Assembly (NCBI GenBank): GCA_963768605.1
Contig: CAVYIP010000007.1
Span: 44,726-108,725 of the forward strand
Direction of reading: 5' to 3'
DNA: 64,000 nucleotides
Source: an uncultured Actinomycetes bacterium
Lineage (GTDB): Bacteria > Actinomycetota > Acidimicrobiia > IMCC26256 > JACDBD01
Below the pieces are notes generated by a model. That model did not search any database. It was not told the origin of the DNA and was given only the letters and a program-made list of their open reading frames with translations. The translations under genes were made by a program, and so were the position numbers. Below are positions 10,024-19,899 of this stretch, one piece after another (within the stretch, counting starts at the first letter, position 1; every line of letters starts with the position of its first letter).

Positions 10024-11241
10024 GTGCCTGATGACGTCGTACCCCCCGCGGACGTTTTGACCGTTCCCCCTTCGCCTCCGCCGGCGTGGCCGGACGAGCC
10101 GCCGACCGTCCCGCCGTGGCCCACGCCACCCGGTCCGCCGCCGCCTTCCCCCGAGCGCCCGAAGCGTTTCCGCCAGCTCCTCGTGGGCGCGTTGATCGGC
10201 GGCCTCTGCGGTGCACTCGTCGCGTCGGGCGCGTTCTTCGCGTTCGGCCGCGATGACGACAACTCTTCGACCTCGGCGCCGGCCAACAAGACCAATGAGG
10301 TCTCGCGCGAGTCGTCGACGATCAGTCGCAACGGAGACATCGCCGGCATCATCGCCAAGGTCGAGCCCGCGGTCGCCGCCGTCACCGTGAACGAGCGCGG
10401 CGGCCAGAGCGCGGGGACGGCCTTCGTCCTGTCGGAGGACGGCTATCTCGCGACGAACGCGCACGTAGTCGGCGACGCACAGACCGCCAAGCTCCAGCTC
10501 AACGACGGCCGCAGCCTCGACGCGCGTGTCGTGGGCCGCGATCCGAGCGCCGACGTCGCCGTCCTCAAGGTGGACGCCGGCAACCTCCCCGCCGTGTGCA
10601 CGGACGACTCCAACAAGGTGCAGGTCGGCGACGACGTCGTCGCGATCGGCAACGCCCTCGCGCTCGAAGGCGGGCTCAGCGTCACGCGCGGGATCATCTC
10701 CGGGCCGCCCCGTCCGGGGAGCGAGATCGGCACCGCGCTCGAGACCGTCCTGCAGACCGACGCCGCCATCAACCCCGGCAACTCCGGCGGACCGCTGGTC
10801 GACGCCAACGGCTGCGTCATCGGGATCAACACCGCCGTCGCTTCCGGCACCGGGACCCAGCCGGCGCAGAACGTCGGCTTCGCCATCCCGATCTCGTACG
10901 CCAAGCCTGTCGTCGACGACATCAAGGCGGGCCGGAAGCCGGCGTTCCTCGGCGTCGGCACGGCCGATCTCACCCCCGAGCTGAAGAACCAGCTCGGCGT
11001 GAACGTCGACGAAGGCGCCGTGGTCAGTGACGTGACCTCGGGCTCGCCCGCCGACGACGCCGGTCTCAAGCGCGGCGACGTGATCGTGCAGATCGGCGAC
11101 ACCCCGACCAAGGACAGCGGCAGCGTCGCCACCGCGGTGCGCAAGCACCGTCCCGACGAGAAGGTGACCGTCACCTACGTGCGCGGATCCGACCGCAAGA
11201 CGACCGACGTCACGCTGGTCCAGCGACCGGATTCCGGCTGA
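10024..11241 (+). CDS. htrA: HtrA/DegP-type trypsin-like serine protease with PDZ domain
   Basis: Proline-rich N-terminus, one TM, TNAHVV, DVAVLK and GNSGGPL catalytic motifs, and a C-terminal PDZ (GSPADDAGLKRGDVIVQIGD). Confidence 0.9.
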   Translation: MPDDVVPPADVLTVPPSPPPAWPDEPPTVPPWPTPPGPPPPSPERPKRFRQLLVGALIGGLCGALVASGAFFAFGRDDDNSSTSAPANKTNEVSRESSTISRNGDIAGIIAKVEPAVAAVTVNERGGQSAGTAFVLSEDGYLATNAHVVGDAQTAKLQLNDGRSLDARVVGRDPSADVAVLKVDAGNLPAVCTDDSNKVQVGDDVVAIGNALALEGGLSVTRGIISGPPRPGSEIGTALETVLQTDAAINPGNSGGPLVDANGCVIGINTAVASGTGTQPAQNVGFAIPISYAKPVVDDIKAGRKPAFLGVGTADLTPELKNQLGVNVDEGAVVSDVTSGSPADDAGLKRGDVIVQIGDTPTKDSGSVATAVRKHRPDEKVTVTYVRGSDRKTTDVTLVQRPDSG

Positions 11242-11270
11242 CCGGGAGCACCCGGTACCCTGGGCGATCT

Positions 11271-11546
11271 ATGAGTGTCGAGGGAGAAGAGCTCGAGCAG
11301 CTGCCGCCGCAGGGACACGTCAAGGTCGTGTACCTGGGCGCGGTCGCACCGCACTGGGATGTGCACGGCGTGTTCGGCGACGGGCGGCTCATCGACCAGT
11401 TCCGTCAGCGCGCACTCGCGCGGCTCCAGCTGCTCCCGCCGCACGACCCGCAGTTCCGGCGCAACCGGGAGCGGGTCGCACGCGACGCCGAACGTGAGCG
11501 CCTGATCCTCGAGTGGGACCTCGGCTACGAGGAGAGCGAGAGCTAG
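11271..11546 (+). CDS. Hypothetical protein
   Basis: 91-aa ORF with coding-like composition and no recognisable motifs. Its stop TAG at 11544-11546 abuts the inferred phoU stop. Confidence 0.4.
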   Translation: MSVEGEELEQLPPQGHVKVVYLGAVAPHWDVHGVFGDGRLIDQFRQRALARLQLLPPHDPQFRRNRERVARDAERERLILEWDLGYEESES

Positions 11547-12246
11547 CTAGTCGATCGACTCGTCGCGAACGCGGCGGGTGCTCGCCGGTCACCATGAAGC
11601 CGACGCGCTGCCCGATCGTGACGGCGTGGTCCGCGATCCGCTCGTAGTGCCGGCCCACCAGCGCGAGCTGCACGGCCAGGAGCACGTTGCCCTCGTCGTC
11701 GGCGCCCGGCCCGGATCCGGCGAGGATGTGCCGGAACAGGCTCTTGGTCAGGTCGTCCATCGTGTCGTCCATGTCGGCGAGCGCGAATGCCGCCGACGGG
11801 TCGGAGTCGGCGAACGCGTCGAGCGCGACTCGCGTCTGCGTGCCTGCCTGCTCGCCCATCCGCTGGATGATCCCCCGCAGCTTCGGGTCGAGGCTGTGCG
11901 GATAGAGGCGGCGAGTGGTCTTCGCGACGTTCACCATCAGGTCCGCCGACCGTTCGAGCTCGTGCACGATGCGCAACACGGAGACGACCGTCCGCAGGTC
12001 GGTCGCCATCGGCTGCTGGCGAGCGAGGAGCTGGTAGCAGCTGTCCTCGATCGAGTGGGTGAGGTCGTCGATGTCGTCGTCGTTCTCGATGACCTGCTCC
12101 GCGGCCGTGAGGTCGGCGTCGAGGAACGCCTGCGTGCCGGCGCCGATCGCCTCGGTCGTCAACGCGGCGAGCCGGATCACGTCGATCCGCAGCTCGTCGA
12201 GGGCGTCCTGGAAGCTCTTGCGGGCCTCGTTGGCGGTGTCGGTCAC
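11547..12246 (-). CDS. phoU: Phosphate signalling complex protein PhoU
   Basis: Two PhoU repeats (DDLTHSIEDSCYQLLARQQPMATDLR...ELERSADL; MDDLTKSLFRH...GRHYERIADHA). The listed ORF runs on to 11389 antisense to the neighbour. A +1-type break in the last ~10 codons would end it at TAG 11549-11547 (..RRVRDESID*), a normal PhoU length. Confidence 0.8.
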
Positions 12247-12305
12247 GGCGACATCATCCCATTCCGGCGCATGTGCCTCACTCGTCGACGCTCGACCTTC
12301 GGATC

Positions 12306-12327
12306 GTTCCGGCAGTGTTCACGATCT
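12306..12327. promoter_or_regulatory. PHO-box-like direct repeat pair 1 (GTTCCGGCAGT GTTCACGATCT)
   Basis: Two GTTC-headed units with exactly 11-bp spacing in the phoU/pstS divergent intergenic region. It is nearly identical to the pair at 12423-12444. Confidence 0.4.
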
Positions 12328-12422
12328 GGCCATTCCGACGCCATGATCGCGCCAGGATCGCGCGACGCGACGTCTGCACCGACAGCGAGGATTGCCCGAA
12401 TCCGCCGGACGTTCCCCCAACC

Positions 12423-12444
12423 GTTCCGGCACTGTTTACCGTTC
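12423..12444. promoter_or_regulatory. PHO-box-like direct repeat pair 2 (GTTCCGGCACT GTTTACCGTTC)
   Basis: Same architecture as pair 1, with a further GTTC unit at 12411. It lies ~80 bp upstream of the pstS ATG, which has an AGGAGG RBS near 12507. Confidence 0.4.
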
Positions 12445-12521
12445 GGCTACCTCGAAGCCACGGCCGCGCCAGCATCGCTCCGTAGCGTCCGCGCCGCGAC
12501 CTTCCAAGGAGGATCAACTCT

Positions 12522-13624
12522 ATGAAGCGCATCACTGGCTACCTGCGGTGGCTGGTACCCACGGCCTTGATCGTCGGCCTGGTTCCGTTGGGCGGAGCGA
12601 TCGCGAGTGCAGCTGATGCTCCTGCTCAAGGCGGCTCGGCGACGCTCAACGCGTCGGGTGCCACCTTCCCGCAGGCGTACTACGAAGAAGTGATCGGGGC
12701 CTTCAAGCAGAAGGACTCGAACGTCACCATCAACTACGCCGGCGGTGGCTCGGGCAAGGGCCGCCAGGACTTCGCCGACCAGGTCGTCGACTTCGCCGGC
12801 TCGGACGCGCCGTACAAGCCCGAGGACGCGCGCCGGCGTCAAGGGCGGCACGTTCTTCTACTTCCCGACGGTGGCGGCGCCCATCACGGTGTCGTACAAC
12901 CTCAAGGGCGTGAAGAAGCTGCAGCTCTCCGCCGACACGATCGCCAAGATCTTCTCGGGTGCGATCAAGACCTGGGACGACGCCGCGATCAAGGCGGAGA
13001 ACACGGGCGTGAAGCTGCCGTCCACCGCGATCACCGTGGTGCACCGGGCTGACAGCTCGGGGACGACGGAGAACTTCACGAAGTTCCTCACCGCGGCGGC
13101 ACCGACGTGCGTGGACGCTCGGCTCCGGCTCGACCGTGAGCTGGCCGGCCGACACGCAGGCGGGCCAGGGCAACCCGGGCGTCGGTCAGATCGTGAAGAG
13201 CACCGACGGCGCCATCGGCTACGTCGACTTCTCCGACGCCAAGGCGCTGAAGCTCCAGTTCGCGAAGATCAAGAACAAGGACGGCAAGTACGTGGCGCCG
13301 ACGCGTGAAGGCGACCACGGCGGCCGTCGACAAGGCGCAGGTCAAGGCCGACCTGACGTACGACCCGCTCAACGCGAGCGGCGCGAGTGCCTACCCGATC
13401 GCGGCGCCGACCTGGTTGCTCGTGTACCAGAACCAGAGCGACGCGGCGAAGGGCACGGCGATCAAGAGCTTCCTGAACTACATCTACGGGGACGGCCAGA
13501 AGCTGGCCCCGGAGGTGGACTACGCACCACTGCCCGAAGAGCCTGCTCGACAAGGCCAAGGCCCAGGTCAAGCAGGTCGGGGGCCGCGTCGAGCTCCACG
13601 GGCGCGAGCACGTCCACCACGTAG
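12522..13624 (+). pseudogene. pstS: Phosphate ABC transporter substrate-binding protein PstS; about 5 frame breaks
   Basis: PstS segments walk through frames 0>1>2>0>1>2: ATFPQAYY..NYAGGGSGKGRQDF; GGTFFYFPTVAAPITVSYN...HRADSSGTTENFT; SWPADTQAGQGNPGV..GAIGYVDFS; AYPIAAPTWLLVY. Breaks are near 12830, 13105, 13303, 13536 and 13580 (a G5 run). Confidence 0.9.
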
Positions 13625-13638
13625 CATCCGGCGAACAC

Positions 13639-13668
13639 GAGGGGCGGGCGATTCGTCGCCCGCCCCTC
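13639..13668 (+). terminator. Perfect 13-bp stem / TTCG-loop hairpin between pstS and pstC
   Basis: GAGGGGCGGGCGA-TTCG-TCGCCCGCCCCTC. The position matches the partial-terminator or mRNA-stabiliser hairpins known between pstS and pstC. Confidence 0.6.
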
Positions 13669-13690
13669 CTCGCCTTCCTGAAAGCTGGCG

Positions 13691-14672
13691 ATGGCGACCG
13701 ACGCTCCTGCCCTTCCCAAGAGCTTCACGAAGGGGACCCGACCGCCGGGGATCATCGCCGACCGGGGCTTCCGGATCCTCGCCCTGCTCGCGGCGCTGAT
13801 GGTCCTCGTGATCCTCGGCGCTGATCGCGCATCTCGACGACGCGCGAGGCGCTGCCGTGGTTCCGCGAAGAGGGCCTCGGCATCTTCACCGACAACTGGG
13901 ACCCGGCCAAGAACAGCTTCGGCGCGCTGGGCCTGATCTACGGCACGCTGCTGGTGTCGGCCATCGCAGTGCTCCTCTCGCTCCCGATCAGCATCGGCAT
14001 CGCGTTGTTCGTCACCGACGTCGCGCCGCAACGCCTGCGCCGGCCGATCGTGTACACGGTCGACCTCCTCGCCGCGATCCCGTCGGTCGTCTACGGGCTG
14101 TGGGCGCTCCTCGTCCTCGCCGCGCCGCTGGCGAACCTGTTCGAGACAGTGTCGGACGCGACCGCCGGCATCCCGGTCCTCAAAACGGTGTTCGGCGAAC
14201 CCCAGCGCGTCGGGCAAGAGCTTCATGACCGCCGGGATCATCGTCGCGATCATGATCACGCCGATCATCACCTCGATCACCCGTGAGGTGTTCGCGACCG
14301 TCCCGGCGTCGCAGAAGGAGGCCGCGCTCGCGCTCGGCGCCACCCGCTGGGAGATGATCCGGGGCGCGGTGTTCCCGCACAGCCGCAGCGGCATGGTCGC
14401 CGGCACGATGATCGGCCTCGGCCGGGCGATGGGCGAGACGATCGCGATCGCCCTGGTGATCGGATCGTCGCAGCGGGTGACGGCGAACATCCTCGGGCCC
14501 GGCGACACGCTGGCGAGCGTCATCGCCAACCAGTTCGGCGAGGCGAGCGGCACCCACCGCGCCGCGCTCATCGGGTGCGGCGTCGTGCTGTTCGTCATCA
14601 CGATCCTGATCAGCATGGCGGCGCGGGCGGTCGTCGGCCAGGACCGACCGACGGTCGGCGGGCGCCGCATGA
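13691..14672 (+). pseudogene. pstC: Phosphate ABC transporter permease PstC; about 4 frame breaks
   Basis: RILALLAALMVLVILG / REALPWFREEGLGIF..FGALGLIYGT..DLLAAIPSVVYGLW / SFMTAGIIVAIMITPIITSITREV..ALGATRWE lie in successive frames. Breaks are near 13820-13831 (two), 14215 and 14638. The inferred stop is the TGA of an ATGA overlap with pstA. Confidence 0.88.
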
Positions 14673-15575
14673 CCGCGCCGGCGGTGCCCCTCACGCAATC
14701 GACTCGCAAGGGCCGGCGCGAGCTCAAGAACGCCGTCGCGACCGGCCTGATCGTGGCCTCGTTCGTGATCGCGCTCATCCCGCTGACGCTCATCGTCATC
14801 TACGTCGTCCAGGCCGGGCGCGTCGTCGTTCAGCTGGAGCTTCCTGACCGAGGACCTTCCCTTCAGCAACCGGCGAGAGGGCGGCGGGATCTACCCCGCC
14901 ATCGTCGGGACCCTCGTGATCACCGGGACCGCGACGCGCGATGGCCGTACCGCTGGGGATCCTCGGCGGCATCTACCTGAACGAGTACGGCGGGCACGGG
15001 ATCTTCGCCCGGTTCGTCCGCTTCCTGGCCGAGGTCATGACCGGCGTGCCGTCGATCGTGATGGGCCTGTTCATCTACACGATCTGGGTCCTGCCCCGGA
15101 AGCAGGCGGGTCTCAGCGGGTTCGCCGGTGCGCTCGCGCTCGGTTGCCTGATGCTCCCGATCGTGATCCGGACCACCGAGGAGATCCTCAAGCTCGTCCC
15201 CGACGAGCTCCGCGAGGGGAGCTACGCGCTGGGGACCCGCAAGGCGCAGACGATCCGCACGGGTCGTGTTCCCGAACGCCGCCCCCGGGATCATCAGCGG
15301 CGCCCTGCTCGGCGTCGCCCGTGTGGCGGGCGAGACCGCGCCCCTGCTGTTCACGATCGGCATCGTGTCGACGGCGAACTTCAACGTCTTCGACGGGCCC
15401 AACACGGCGTTGCCGCCGCAGATCTACATCGAACGCCGGGACCTTCGGCGGCTTCCCCGCCGCACAGGACCGGGCGTGGGGCGCGGCCCTGGCGCTCATC
15501 CTGCTCGTCTTCCTGTTCACGCTGGTCGCCCGCATCGTCACGGCCATCTACACCCGCCGTTCGGCGGCGGTTTGA
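14669..15575 (+). pseudogene. pstA: Phosphate ABC transporter permease PstA; about 4 frame breaks
   Basis: Segments SWSFLTEDLPFSN..IYPAIVGTL / MAVPLGILGGIYLNEYG..EGSYALGTRK / VFPNAAPGIISGALLGVARVAGETAPLLFT / AWGAALALILLVF step +1 each time, near 14825, 14935, 15258 and 15428. Confidence 0.88.
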
Positions 15576-15590
15576 CCCTTGGAGCCGGAA

Positions 15591-16504
15591 ATGACCGACA
15601 CCGCGATCGCCGCCACTAAATTCGGCCCGGTGACCACGACTCGCGACGAATCCGTGGCCAAGGGTCCGGACGAGGCAGCTCCCCGGTGAGCCGTCTCCCG
15701 AGGAGAAGCCCGAGCGGGCGCGGCGAGATCGTCTTCCAGCTCTCGGACGTCGAGGTGAAGTACAGCGGCGTCACCGCCGTGCAGGACGTCAACGTCGACA
15801 TCGCCGCCAACGAGATCACCGCGTTCATCGGGCCGTCGGGCTGCGGCAAGACGACCGTGCTCCGCTCGCTGAACCGCATGCACGACATCACGCCCGGCGC
15901 CGAGGTGCTCGGGAAGGTCACGTACCACGGTCGAGGACCTCTACGGGTCCAAGGTCGACCCGGCCGAGGTGCGGCGGCGCATCGGCATGGTGTTCCAGAA
16001 GCCGAACCCGTTCCCGAAGTCCGTCTACGACAACGTCGCGTACGGGCCGCGCATCAACGGCACGAAGCGCAGCGAGGTCGAGGAGCGGGTGGAGAAGGCG
16101 CTGACCCAGGCCGCGCTCTGGGACGAGGTGCAACGGCAAGCTGCAGCACGAGCGCGCTGGCGCTCTCGGGTGGTCAGCAGCAGCGTCTGTGCATCGCCCG
16201 TTGCCTCGCCGTCGAGCCCGACGTGATCCTGATGGACGAGCCCTGCTCCGCCCTCGACCCGATCGCCACGGCGCGGATCGAAGACCTCATGGACGAGCTC
16301 AAGAACGAGTACACGATCGTGATCGTGACCCACAACATGCAGCAGGCGGCGCGCGTCTCGGATCGCACTGCGTTCTTCACCGCCGAGGTCGACGACGCCG
16401 GTCATCGCCGGGGTCGGCTGATCGAGTACGACGTGACCGAGACGATCTTCACGCACCCGTCCGACCCTCGCACCGAGGGGTACATCACCGGGAGGTTCGG
16501 CTGA
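15591..16504 (+). pseudogene. pstB: Phosphate ABC transporter ATP-binding protein PstB; 3-5 frame breaks
   Basis: Walker [40 protein letters not shown] and Walker B ILMDEPCSALD lie in different frames, with breaks near 15930, 16127 and 16149. ATG 15591 with a GGAG RBS, 15 nt after pstA, is the likely start if there are two more +1 steps near 15680 and 15715. Otherwise the start is GTG 15686. Confidence 0.88.
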
Positions 16505-17680
16505 TCGTCGCGATCGCCGTGACGGTCGTGATCGTCACGCTCGTCGGGGCAGTGGGGTTCCTCGCTTTCACGATCCGGTCACAGCGGCGCGAGCTCCGCC
16601 GCCTGGCGGAGGAGCTGGACGAGCCGCTCGACATGGAGCGCCGTGGGCCACGCGGCGACGTCGAGCGCGAGGCGCTCGCCGGTGCGGTGGCGGCGTTCGA
16701 GGACGGCGTGGTCGTCGTGGACGCCCGGGGCAACGAGGTCATGCGCAACGCCGCCGGCGAGCGCTTTCGCGGTGCCCGTCATGCGGACGCCCTCGTGGAG
16801 GACGCGATGCGCACGCTGCTCGCGCCGGCGCTGCGGGGCGAGCGCGCCGAGCGCGAGCTCCAGCTGTTCGGTCCACCGCGCGAGGTCCTCCTGGTCCGCA
16901 CGGGGCCTCTGTTGCGCCGCAACCGGGTGATCGGCGCGGTCGCGTTCGTCCGCGACGTCTCGGAGCTCCGACGGGTCGAGAGCGTGCGGCGGGACTTCGT
17001 CGCCAACGTGAGCCACGAGCTCAAGACGCCGATCGGCGCGTTGTCGCTGCTGGCGGAGACGATGGCGGCCGGGGACGACTCCCCGGTCAACAGCCAGCTC
17101 GCCGACCGGGTGCAGCGCGAAGCCAACCGGCTGGGGCGCATCGTCGACGATCTCCTCGATCTCAGCCTCATCGAGGCGCAGGAACGGCCGACCCGCGAGC
17201 CGGTCCCCGTGCACGTCGTGCTTGCACGAGGCGGCCGAGCGGGTGCGCGGCGCCGCCGACGCCGTCGGCATCCCCCTCAACGTCCCGCCGGTGGCGACCG
17301 ACCTGGTCGTGGCGGGTGACCGCTCGCAGCTGGTGAGCGCGGTCACGAACCTCCTCGACAACGCGATCAAGTACTCGGAGCCGGGCGAGCCCGTGGAGGT
17401 CGACGCCACCGTGGTCGACGGGAGCGTCTGCATCTCCGTGCGCGACCACGGCATCGGGATCCCCGCACGCGATCTCGAGCGGATCTTCGAACGCTTCTAC
17501 CGGGTCGACCGGGCGCGCAGCCGCGCGACGGGCGGCACCGGTCTCGGCCTCTCGATCGTGCGGCACGTCGCGCAGGCGCACGGCGGCGACGTGACGGTCG
17601 AGTCGACCGAAGGCGAGGGTTCCACGTTCCGTTTGCGCGTGCCGCTACCGTCGTCCAAGAAGCTCTCGGAGGCGTCCTGA
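16501..17680 (+). pseudogene. senX3: Sensor histidine kinase, SenX3-like; one frame break
   Basis: One TM, a PAS-like part, the H-box RRDFVANVSHELKTP, then after a break near 17220 the N/G boxes (NLLDNAIKYS, GGTGLGLSIV). The start is uncertain (GTG 16519 or upstream). It is directly followed by the regulator gene. Confidence 0.82.
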
Positions 17681-18402
17681 TGGCAGATGCGGCTCCGCTC
17701 ATCCTCGTGGTCGACGACGAGGAGTCGTACCGCGATGCACTCACGGTCGCATTGGAGCGCGAAGGCTTCCGCGTCGAGGTGGCCGCCGACGGCCAGGAGG
17801 CGATCGACCAGTTCGACGCGACCAACCCGTCGCTCGTGCTCCTCGACGTGATGTTGCCTCGCATCTCGGGTGTGGACGTGTGCCGCGACCTGCGGTCCCG
17901 TTCGCGTGTGCCGATCATCATGGTCACGGCCCGCAGCAACGAGATCGACGCCGTCGTGGGCCTCGAGGTCGGCGCCGACGACTACGTGTCGAAGCCGTTC
18001 CGGCTCCGGGAGCTCATCGCCCGCGTACGCGCCGCGTTGCGCCGCAGCGCCGACGAGGAGCCGGCCGGCATCACCAACCAGGAGGTGCTCGAGATCGGCG
18101 ACGTGCGTCTCGACGCCGGCCGCCACGAGGTCTTCGTCCGCGGCGACCCGGTGCCGCTGCCGCTGAAGGAGTTCGAGCTCCTCGAGCTGCTGCTCGCCAA
18201 CGCCGGGCGCGTCCTGACCCGCGACGTCCTCATCGACCGGATCTGGGGGCCGAACTACTTCGGCGACACCAAGACGCTCGACGTCCACGTGAAGCGCCTG
18301 CGGGCCAAGGTCGAGGAGGACCCCTCGAACCCCACCCGGGTCGTCACGATCCGGGGCGTCGGCTACCGCTACGAGAAGCCCACCCGCGTCGCCACCGGCT
18401 AA
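17680..18402 (+). CDS. regX3: OmpR-family response regulator, RegX3-like
   Basis: Intact. Receiver domain (LVVDDEES...LLDVMLP..SG) plus winged helix (LPLKEFELLELL...TLDVHVKRLR.K...I.T.RGVGY). Confidence 0.85.
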   Translation: MADAAPLILVVDDEESYRDALTVALEREGFRVEVAADGQEAIDQFDATNPSLVLLDVMLPRISGVDVCRDLRSRSRVPIIMVTARSNEIDAVVGLEVGADDYVSKPFRLRELIARVRAALRRSADEEPAGITNQEVLEIGDVRLDAGRHEVFVRGDPVPLPLKEFELLELLLANAGRVLTRDVLIDRIWGPNYFGDTKTLDVHVKRLRAKVEEDPSNPTRVVTIRGVGYRYEKPTRVATG

Positions 18403-18935
18403 CCGGCGGCCACTGCCTCCACGATCGGGCGCCAGTGCGAGAGAGGCGGGACGTCCCGGCCCGGCACCTTGGCGTCGTCGTCGGCGCGGCGGAGCGTGAG
18501 GAGGTCGTCGAGCCACGGCTCGGCGTCGAGGCGGGCTCGCTCGGCGTCGTCGAGCCGGCCGCCTTGGACCTCGAGGGTATGGATGCTCCCGGGGCTCAGG
18601 CGGGACGTGTAGTCGCCGTCGACCGTCACGAGATAGCGCTTGGCCTCGTCGTGGTGGCCGACGAGCCACGCGACCCGTTCGCCCAGCACGCCCGCCACCG
18701 CCGCCGCGCCGGCGCGGGCGTGCGTGCGGGGACGGCCCGGCCACAGCACGGTGCCCACGTCGTGCACGAGCCCGGCGACCTGGAGCTCGTGGTCGTCCGG
18801 CGCGGCCCCGGCGAGGAGCGCCGCGCACTGCAGCCCGTGCGCGAGCAGATCGACGTCCTCGGCGTCGGTCTCGCCGGCGCCGGACTCGAGCACGCCGAGG
18901 AGCGAGTCGACGCCCGTGATCGCCGCTTCCGTCAC
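18399..18935 (-). CDS. HD domain phosphohydrolase-like protein
   Basis: GTG start at 18935 overlaps the upstream stop. It has an H...HD motif (LLAHGLQCA...AGLVHDVG) and a later GHHDEAKRYL. Confidence 0.65.
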   Translation of the reverse strand: MTEAAITGVDSLLGVLESGAGETDAEDVDLLAHGLQCAALLAGAAPDDHELQVAGLVHDVGTVLWPGRPRTHARAGAAAVAGVLGERVAWLVGHHDEAKRYLVTVDGDYTSRLSPGSIHTLEVQGGRLDDAERARLDAEPWLDDLLTLRRADDDAKVPGRDVPPLSHWRPIVEAVAAG

Positions 18936-19899
18936 GTTGCGGGCAGGTAGCGGCCGCGCACGACTTGCCCCTCCTCGACGTCGAGGACCCACGTCGAGCC
19001 TTTGGGGAACCGCAGCTCGCTCGGCGCCGCGTCGTCGCCGGCGTCGAGCCGGACATGCTGACCGGCGAAGTGGTGCAGCAGGTCGCCGATCACGTCGCCG
19101 TGGGAGCACAGGACGGTCGGCTTGTCGGTCACCTTCTCGAGCAGGCGGAGAGCCTCGCTCAAGGGCGCGCCCTCGGACAGCGCGTCCGCGTCCTCGACCG
19201 GCAGGCCGAGGCGCTCGGCGAGGGGGGCGACGGTCTCGCGGCACCGGACGTACGGGCTGCTCACGATGCGGCCCATCGGCTCCTCGCGCAGCAGCTTCGC
19301 CAGCGCCACCGCCTGGCGGCGTCCGGCCTTGGACAGCGGCCGTTCCTCGTCGGGCCCGTCCCACGCGCTCCTGCTGCCAGCCTTGGCGTGGCGGACGAGA
19401 TAGAGCTTCAGGGAAGGGCCTCCGCGTCGCCGATCAGCTTTCGGTCGTGCTCGTGGTCCAAGAGCTTGCCCGCATCAGCGGCCGAGCACCAGCGCACCTC
19501 GTCGATCTCGTCGTTGGGCCGGAACTTGGGCGACTTGCCGTCGGCCGGCTCCATGAGCCAGTAGCGGACCTGCTTCAGCCGGCCCTTGCGATCCCGGTAC
19601 CTGGTCGACTCGAGCTCGGGGCCGAGCATGGCGCGCACGCCGGTCTCCTCTTCGACCTCGCGCAGCGCCGCCTCCTCGTCGGTCTCCCCCGGGTCGACCT
19701 TGCCCTTCGGGACACTCCAGTCGTCGTAGCGGGGACGGTGCACGAGCGCGTACTGCGTCCGGCCGTTCTTCGACCGGCGGCGGACGACGCCACCACCCGC
19801 CCGCACCAGCGGCTCGGCCTCGGCCTGATCCGGATGCGACCGGCGCCGCCACAACTTCAGAGCCACTGCCGGAGCTTCTTCTTGCTCGCCGCCTGCCAC
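18932..19899 (-). pseudogene. Nudix hydrolase fused to a histidine phosphatase domain (MutT1-like architecture); frame break at the domain junction
   Basis: Nudix box GKVDPGETDEEAALREVEEETG lies in ORF 19408-19899. The downstream frame encodes LYLVRHAKAGSR (RHG motif)...CSHGDVIGDL, with no ATG/GTG/TTG start of its own. The junction is at 19405-19411. An alternative Nudix start is GTG 19864. Confidence 0.7.

Noticed and set aside
12522-16504. Programmed ribosomal frameshifting or transcriptional slippage as the explanation for the frame switches in pstSCAB and elsewhere.
   Set aside because: There are too many sites (up to 5 per gene). No common slippery heptamer or downstream structure is present. 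The same one-base defect occurs in non-coding palindromes and repeats.
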